Source: a virus
Lineage: Duplodnaviria > Heunggongvirae > Uroviricota > Caudoviricetes
Length of the DNA: 64,000 nucleotides
Virus record (IMG/VR): IMGVR_UViG_3300025133_000019
Reading direction: 5' to 3' (one strand)
Shown here: in pieces, positions 59,591-64,000 of the stretch
Numbering within the stretch: the stretch's first letter is position 1
Layout: the number at the start of each line of letters is the position of its first letter
The notes under the pieces: model-generated
Seen by the model: only the letters and a program-made list of their open reading frames with translations
Told to the model about the DNA's origin: nothing
Databases searched by the model: none
Made by a program: the position numbers and the translations under genes

Positions 59591-60134
59591 AACCTAACTC
59601 AAATAAAACCTCCCATAAACGGTCATAACGAGGACTTGTTCTCTTTTTAACATTTCCCCCACTATACGTAGTTGTCTGGGAATGACAGTTGGGGCAAAGA
59701 AGCCGAAGATTTTCTACCTTATTATCCAAAGGATTACCATTTATATGGTCCAAATGTAACACTAAAAAAGCTCCATTCCACCCGACTCTCACGGAACATT
59801 CTTCCCCATAACACCTATATTCCAAAAGTTCCCTCTCCAATAATTGAACTTTTAAGGTTAAAGAGCTAACTTTTCTCCCTTCCACAAAGATATTATTACT
59901 GTTTTTAGACCTGCTGATGCCTAACTTCTTCAGCCCCGAAGCGCTCTTTATATGAGAATAATCAATCTGGTCATGATCTAGACGAGCCTTTAAAGTTTTT
60001 ATACTACTACCATGCCCACTCAAGTAACCAAAGTAATACAAAATGTTAGTATATGTATAAGAATTCTTTACAACCCTTTCTAAATCTTTTTGTGGTATTT
60101 TCCACAAAGGACTTTTTCTTCTGCTTGAGTGCAT
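59577..60134 (-). CDS. Free-standing HNH homing endonuclease
   Basis: LHLDHINGNPLDNKVENLRLLCPNCHSQT; N-terminal helical DNA-binding module. Confidence 0.9.
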   Translation of the reverse strand: MHSSRRKSPLWKIPQKDLERVVKNSYTYTNILYYFGYLSGHGSSIKTLKARLDHDQIDYSHIKSASGLKKLGISRSKNSNNIFVEGRKVSSLTLKVQLLERELLEYRCYGEECSVRVGWNGAFLVLHLDHINGNPLDNKVENLRLLCPNCHSQTTTYSGGNVKKRTSPRYDRLWEVLFELGFNPP

Positions 60135-60222
60135 TACTTCTTACCCTAATCCATTAAACATAAACAGTAACTGAAAGTATAACATTAACTATGTAAAAAG
60201 TACAAAGAACTATTAGTAATAG

Positions 60223-60311
60223 GGCGAAGGACGGGAATCGAACCCGCAACAGGAATATATCCTACAGGGACCACAACCCTGCGACTTTAGCCAATTTCGT
60301 CTACCTACGCC
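60223..60311 (-). tRNA. tRNA-His(GUG) with G-1:C73 and a long variable arm
   Basis: G-1, GCGTAGG/CCTTCGC acceptor, C73; CAGGG-TTGTGGT-CCCTG; variable hairpin AGGA-TATAT-TCCT; GGTTCGATTCC. Confidence 0.8.
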
Positions 60312-60318
60312 ATGTATA

Positions 60319-60389
60319 TCGGAATGGGAGGTAACGATCCCCCGCTATAAGGCCCCCGGCCTTATATGCTTCCATTACACTACATTCCG
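60319..60389 (-). tRNA. tRNA-Pro(GGG), atypical
   Basis: CGGAATG/CATTCCG, A73; TAAGG-CCGGGGG-CCTTA; C33; T-loop ATCGTTA. Confidence 0.65.
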
Positions 60390-60414
60390 TCTTGCAACTA
60401 AACTATTTATTTTA

Positions 60415-60485
60415 CAGGGGTGCCCAGAATCGAACTGAGGACCGAATGTTTGGAAAATTCGGGGATACCACTACCTCACACCCCT
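60415..60485 (-). tRNA. tRNA-Trp(CCA)
   Basis: AGGGGTG/CACCCCT, G73; loop TTCCAAA; CTCAG-TTCGATT-CTGGG; weak D stem. Confidence 0.75.
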
Positions 60486-60529
60486 ATAAATATAAATTAC
60501 TCTTAATAGCTCGTAATTACTACGAATAA

Positions 60530-60604
60530 TCGGAGTGGAGGGATTCGAACCCCCGAAATACCCCAGCCCAAACTGGGTGGCCGACCTGACTAGCCCACAC
60601 TCCG
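60530..60604 (-). tRNA. tRNA-Pro(UGG); anticodon loop only 6 nt as written
   Basis: CGGAGTG/CACTCCG, A73; CCCAG-TTTGGG-CTGGG; GGTTCGAATCC. Confidence 0.75.
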
Positions 60605-60611
60605 TTAAATA

Positions 60612-60682
60612 AGCGGTCCCCAAGATTCGAACCTGGATCTCCTGCCTACAATGGCAGGGCTTTTCCGTTAAGCTAAAACCGC
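60612..60682 (-). tRNA. tRNA-Thr(UGU)-like; anticodon loop only 6 nt as written
   Basis: GCGGTTT/GGACCGC; CTGCC-ATTGTA-GGCAG; CCAGG-TTCGAAT-CTTGG. Confidence 0.7.
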
Positions 60683-60730
60683 TATGATTATTTTTACTTT
60701 TCTTATTCTGTTGTCAAAAATCTTGGTAAC

Positions 60731-60774
60731 AAAAATCCCCTAACAAGTCTTGTAACCTGTTAGGGGATTTTTTT
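60731..60774 (-). terminator. Attenuator terminator upstream of the tRNA array
   Basis: Minus strand AAAAATCCCCTAACA-GGTTACAAGACT-TGTTAGGGGATTTTT. Confidence 0.85.
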
Positions 60775-60796
60775 AATGCTACAGCAATGCTTACAA

Positions 60797-60883
60797 TCAA
60801 CCCATAAACAGGTACAACCTTCTTGGTCCGGCGGTGGGCCAAGTGGTCGGCACTCGATGTCTATGTGTTGTTGTAATTTTCAT
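60797..60883 (-). CDS. 28-aa leader peptide MKITTTHRHRVPTTWPTAGPRRLYLFMG (putative attenuator peptide)
   Basis: ATG 6 nt after the -10; rich in Thr/His/Pro/Trp codons; 3' end is complementary to the terminator 5' arm. Confidence 0.72.
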   Translation of the reverse strand: MKITTTHRHRVPTTWPTAGPRRLYLFMG

Positions 60884-60889
60884 ATCTTA

Positions 60890-60918
60890 ATCTTATACTA
60901 ATAAACTATTAGTGTCAA
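60890..60918 (-). promoter_or_regulatory. Sigma70 promoter of the leader/tRNA operon with a palindromic spacer
   Basis: TTGACA (60918)-17-TAAGAT (60895); inverted repeat ACTAATA-GTT-TATTAGT. Confidence 0.75.
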
Positions 60919-61517
60919 GTGTTTTTAAAATGTTCTAAGTAGTCTTCACCCTCGTACCCTAACTCCTTCTCAATCTTATCCTTAAGCTTTCTAAATCTTT
61001 TCGGTTGCTTTTTAATAAGATCACTATACATATCAGATAAGCCATGGGACATCATTTCTCTAGCATGACCATGACTTAGAGGAGCATCATGACTCTTTTC
61101 ATAATCTGTACTTTTTATCACGAAATCAACTACCGAATCTATATAAGCCTTGTCCCAATTGTTTTGATGTTTAGAAACAAAAGCCTTAAACTCAGGTAAT
61201 CCAGATATAAGCTTAAACCACTCAAATGGAGGAGGGTTTTCACTGGGAAACCCGAATTTCAAAGAAATACTGGGAAGAGACCCGAAAAATCCATCAGGAT
61301 TTTTTTCTATATAATCTAAAACTTCGGGATGTCTGATAAAATACTTTTTATCTTCAAGCGTAGCATATCCTGAATACAAGAAGGGAGCTGGATTCAAATT
61401 ACTAGACAATGTACTCTCTAAATTCTTCTTAAATTCCTCAGAAGGACTAGAAGCCCTCTTAATAAGTTTATCCAACGTATTATCTATTGTTTTATGATCT
61501 TGTGCGGTAAATTTCAT
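60915..61517 (-). CDS. Hypothetical protein
   Basis: 200-aa ORF, AGGTAGG RBS. Confidence 0.6.
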   Translation of the reverse strand: MKFTAQDHKTIDNTLDKLIKRASSPSEEFKKNLESTLSSNLNPAPFLYSGYATLEDKKYFIRHPEVLDYIEKNPDGFFGSLPSISLKFGFPSENPPPFEWFKLISGLPEFKAFVSKHQNNWDKAYIDSVVDFVIKSTDYEKSHDAPLSHGHAREMMSHGLSDMYSDLIKKQPKRFRKLKDKIEKELGYEGEDYLEHFKNT

Positions 61518-61802
61518 GGTCCTACCTAGTAAGGAATTATTTTATACACTAAAAGAATAAAGAATAAGTATAAAATAGCACTATTCTTTCTGGTCCATGA
61601 TAATATTGTATGTGAAGCTAAAGTAATCGAGGATAAATTACGACCAACAGCAGATATAGAAGATTTGAGAGTTGAGTTGGACGAGTAATTAACTTCTGAC
61701 CCGAATAACACGTTTATATTCTATTCATAAATAATATTTATGTGACCTTAAAATGTTATAACCTGTTGTTCTAATTCTTGCTTAACCTCTATTTAAAAAC
61801 TA

Positions 61803-62102
61803 GTGGTAAGCAAGAAGAACTTAGAGATAGTAAACGCCATACTCAAGGAAGATGGTATTATTGACGAATTCACAGAAGATGAATCCGGAGTAATCTTTCT
61901 TGGTTATAACGAAGAAGGTCTTCTAGAAGTCGGAATCTCGGAAATAGAGGACTACAAAATCTTGGTTACTTCAGAGAACTTAGAAGACGTGATAGACTCT
62001 TTTGTGGCTCTGGTTAGACAAGAATGCCAAGAAAGTTTTACACGCTTTTTAACCGAGAGATACGATTACCAATTTCCCCGTCTTTTCGAAGAAGACACAT
62101 GA
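61803..62102 (+). CDS. Hypothetical acidic protein
   Basis: 99-aa ORF. Confidence 0.5.
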   Translation: MVSKKNLEIVNAILKEDGIIDEFTEDESGVIFLGYNEEGLLEVGISEIEDYKILVTSENLEDVIDSFVALVRQECQESFTRFLTERYDYQFPRLFEEDT

Positions 62103-62166
62103 CACTTGCCTAACTCTTGTATCAGTGGTATCCTGGGGATACATGCAGACTTAACAAGGAGCCGAT

Positions 62167-62817
62167 ATGCTTCAGACAGAGTACCTAAAGTTAATAGACC
62201 TAAACAAATATGTATATGTGTATAAAAGACCATTTGGGTGCTATAAGGTTGCACGTATTTCTGGGTGGAGTGATGGAACCTTTAATCTCGTTTATCTAGA
62301 TGAAACTTTGTCCAAATTGTTAGTAGAGGACATGGATTCCTCTTTCGAGAGTATTTTAGCTTGTATCCACAGATTCGGAGAATCCTCTATAGATACTTTG
62401 GTTTTAAACTATGCGCTAGAATTGAATCAGAGCCCTCCTGCAAAAGTTTTTGAGCTTTATAATAAGGTGGCAATTCCTTCGTATTTACTGGAATTAGCAG
62501 CCAAAGAAATCAAAGAACTCAAGGATTTTTATCCGTGCTTACAACAAGTATTTCAAACCTACTCTAGATTAGAGTCTAGACCTTTGCCCGATAAATTCCC
62601 TACTTCCTTGGTTTTGGAGACTTCTGGGTCTCTGAGTGTGTGTTCAGATGGACACTTGGACCTCACTCATAAACAAGACCACAAAGATTTAGATACATTT
62701 GGTGATCTGTATTGTTCCATAACTAAAAATCCAGTTCTGGATTTTATAGTGTTTAACTTAATACCCAAGGGAATTCAAATTCCACAAGTTCTTTTGGACT
62801 ATCTTCACAGAGAATAA
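62167..62817 (+). CDS. Hypothetical protein
   Basis: 216-aa ORF, AAGGAG RBS. Confidence 0.6.
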   Translation: MLQTEYLKLIDLNKYVYVYKRPFGCYKVARISGWSDGTFNLVYLDETLSKLLVEDMDSSFESILACIHRFGESSIDTLVLNYALELNQSPPAKVFELYNKVAIPSYLLELAAKEIKELKDFYPCLQQVFQTYSRLESRPLPDKFPTSLVLETSGSLSVCSDGHLDLTHKQDHKDLDTFGDLYCSITKNPVLDFIVFNLIPKGIQIPQVLLDYLHRE

Positions 62818-62823
62818 AAACTA

Positions 62824-62894
62824 GGGCCATTGGTGTAATGGATGCACAAAAGTCTTCTAAACTTTTAGTCGAGGTTCGAATCCTTGATGGCCTA
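62824..62894 (+). tRNA. tRNA-Arg(UCU)
   Basis: GGGCCAT/ATGGCCT, A73; AAAGT-CTTCTAA-ACTTT; CGAGG-TTCGAAT-CCTTG. Confidence 0.9.
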
Positions 62895-62902
62895 TTTTTA
62901 AT

Positions 62903-62932
62903 TTGACAAACCAACTGGCGGTTTGCTATATT
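62903..62932 (+). promoter_or_regulatory. Sigma70-type promoter
   Basis: TTGACA-18-TATATT with extended TG; GAGG RBS before ATG 62950. Confidence 0.6.
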
Positions 62933-63780
62933 ACTTAAAAAGAGGCGTTATGTTCGATTGGATCAGAAGAAAGTTAACACCGCAAGACCACATTAATCCC
63001 CCTGATAAAGAGACTTTAAAACCTATGGTTAAGACCTCTGTTAAACCTCAGGTCAAAAAGAAGGTAACAAGAGTAGTTCTCAAGTCTCCTTTACCAAAAG
63101 ATTTGGTAGTAAGGAAAGCTCCCATGATTTCTCCTATTAAAGTTGTTACCGAAGTCTCGGATATCGGGGATAAAATTTGGACAGTAGGTAGAGGTAAATT
63201 GTGGACTATGGTCAAGTCTTCGGGGAGTTATGGGGATGTACTAGATATTATAGGGGCAGACCGCACTCCCAAAACTTTAAAAATTCTAATGGAGAGACTG
63301 ACTTTTGACGGTATTTATCATGCCAGACTTAGAAGTTCCTTAGATCTTACAGACAGATCTGAGGTAAACGCTGAGAACATAATAATGGGAGTGCCCAAGA
63401 AAAAGTTAGAGTCTTTGGTTGAGCAGAGCAGCAGTTTTACTAAGCTGCTTAATTCTCTGGGAATTGAGAAACCCGGTGGACGAGCACACGATATTTTGAA
63501 GCAGAGACTGAAAAGAGACAGCATTGATCCTAGTAATTTGAATTCTTTGAACAAAAAAGCTAAAGAAACAGAGTATTTTGTTCGAAAGCTTGAAATTAAA
63601 AACCCTGCCGTGGTTAAAAAAGCTGAATATTCTACTGCCATGAACAAAGTTTCGGGTAAAGAGTTGTCTGAACTAGTTTTAGTGATGAATAATTCTTGTA
63701 TAGCCAGGAGATTCGGTGTTCATTCAAGTACTGTGGGCAGGCAACTAAGGAAACGGGGCATAACCAGATCTCATGGTTAA
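62923..63780 (+). CDS. DNA-binding protein with two HNH-associated modules and a C-terminal HTH, no nuclease
   Basis: KSSGSYGDVLDIIG... and EQSSSFTKLLNSLG...LKQRLKRDSID resemble the N-terminus of the 59577 HNH; IARRFGVHSSTVGRQL; likely start 62950. Confidence 0.6.
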   Translation: MLYYLKRGVMFDWIRRKLTPQDHINPPDKETLKPMVKTSVKPQVKKKVTRVVLKSPLPKDLVVRKAPMISPIKVVTEVSDIGDKIWTVGRGKLWTMVKSSGSYGDVLDIIGADRTPKTLKILMERLTFDGIYHARLRSSLDLTDRSEVNAENIIMGVPKKKLESLVEQSSSFTKLLNSLGIEKPGGRAHDILKQRLKRDSIDPSNLNSLNKKAKETEYFVRKLEIKNPAVVKKAEYSTAMNKVSGKELSELVLVMNNSCIARRFGVHSSTVGRQLRKRGITRSHG

Positions 63781-64000
63781 TATAGGCCCTTATATATTAG
63801 AAGTAAGTCAGTATATAAGCACGTTAGTAGGAGGCAACGAGGTTGCCTCCGGTGTTGTTATAGCTAGTTTACTAGGTAGTATGGCTTATCTAGTAAAAAC
63901 TCTTCCTAACACTGTATATGACTTTTTGCTGAAACACTCCACCACAACAATGACTCTTAATAATAGCACAGAGTCGTATCATCAGCTATTAGATTACTTT

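Noticed and set aside
61526-61690. Small + strand ORF (…KIALFFLVHDNIVCEAKV…DE*)
   Set aside because: No standard start codon, only a possible ATT after AAGGA; insufficient support
190-63647. Many short opposite-strand or nested ORFs in the supplied track (e.g. 190-471, 7069-7557, 14423-14818, 47210-47487, 63318-63647)
   Set aside because: They are shadows of longer well-supported genes, have no RBS or motifs, and show antisense-type composition

Overview
AT-rich, gene-dense, mostly + strand window that reads like part of a large (jumbo-type) phage genome. No capsid, terminase or ribosomal-protein gene is in the window, so the phage call is an inference from gene order, the many hypothetical genes, a virion-fibre gene and a tRNA cluster. 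1-33 kb is an intact replication, recombination and nucleotide block: HolB/HolA-like clamp-loader subunits, RecD2, SSB, RecA, split SbcC plus SbcD, two Cas4-like proteins, beta clamp, RuvC, Tmk, tandem ThyX, LigA, Nudix, canonical PurA and stand-alone receiver domains. 33-64 kb is an accessory, probably counter-defence region: a PncB+NMNAT NAD-salvage pair, an RNA-repair island (metallophosphoesterase, RlaP-like NTase, Ro60, Rnl1 ligase, HD-PNK), a 12-repeat HTH protein, a fibre gene, two TnpB elements and a mini IS607-like remnant, an array of diverged paralogs, an HNH and six tRNAs. Several accessory genes carry frameshifts. The most striking observation is unannotated by the ORF track. A 28-codon leaderless leader peptide (60797-60883, minus strand) has sensing codons that match the five tRNAs directly downstream (Thr, Pro, Trp, Pro, His), and it overlaps an antiterminator/terminator pair. 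This looks like a classical translational attenuator that switches on the phage tRNA operon when those tRNAs are depleted. All family calls come from motif recognition by eye; no database search was run.
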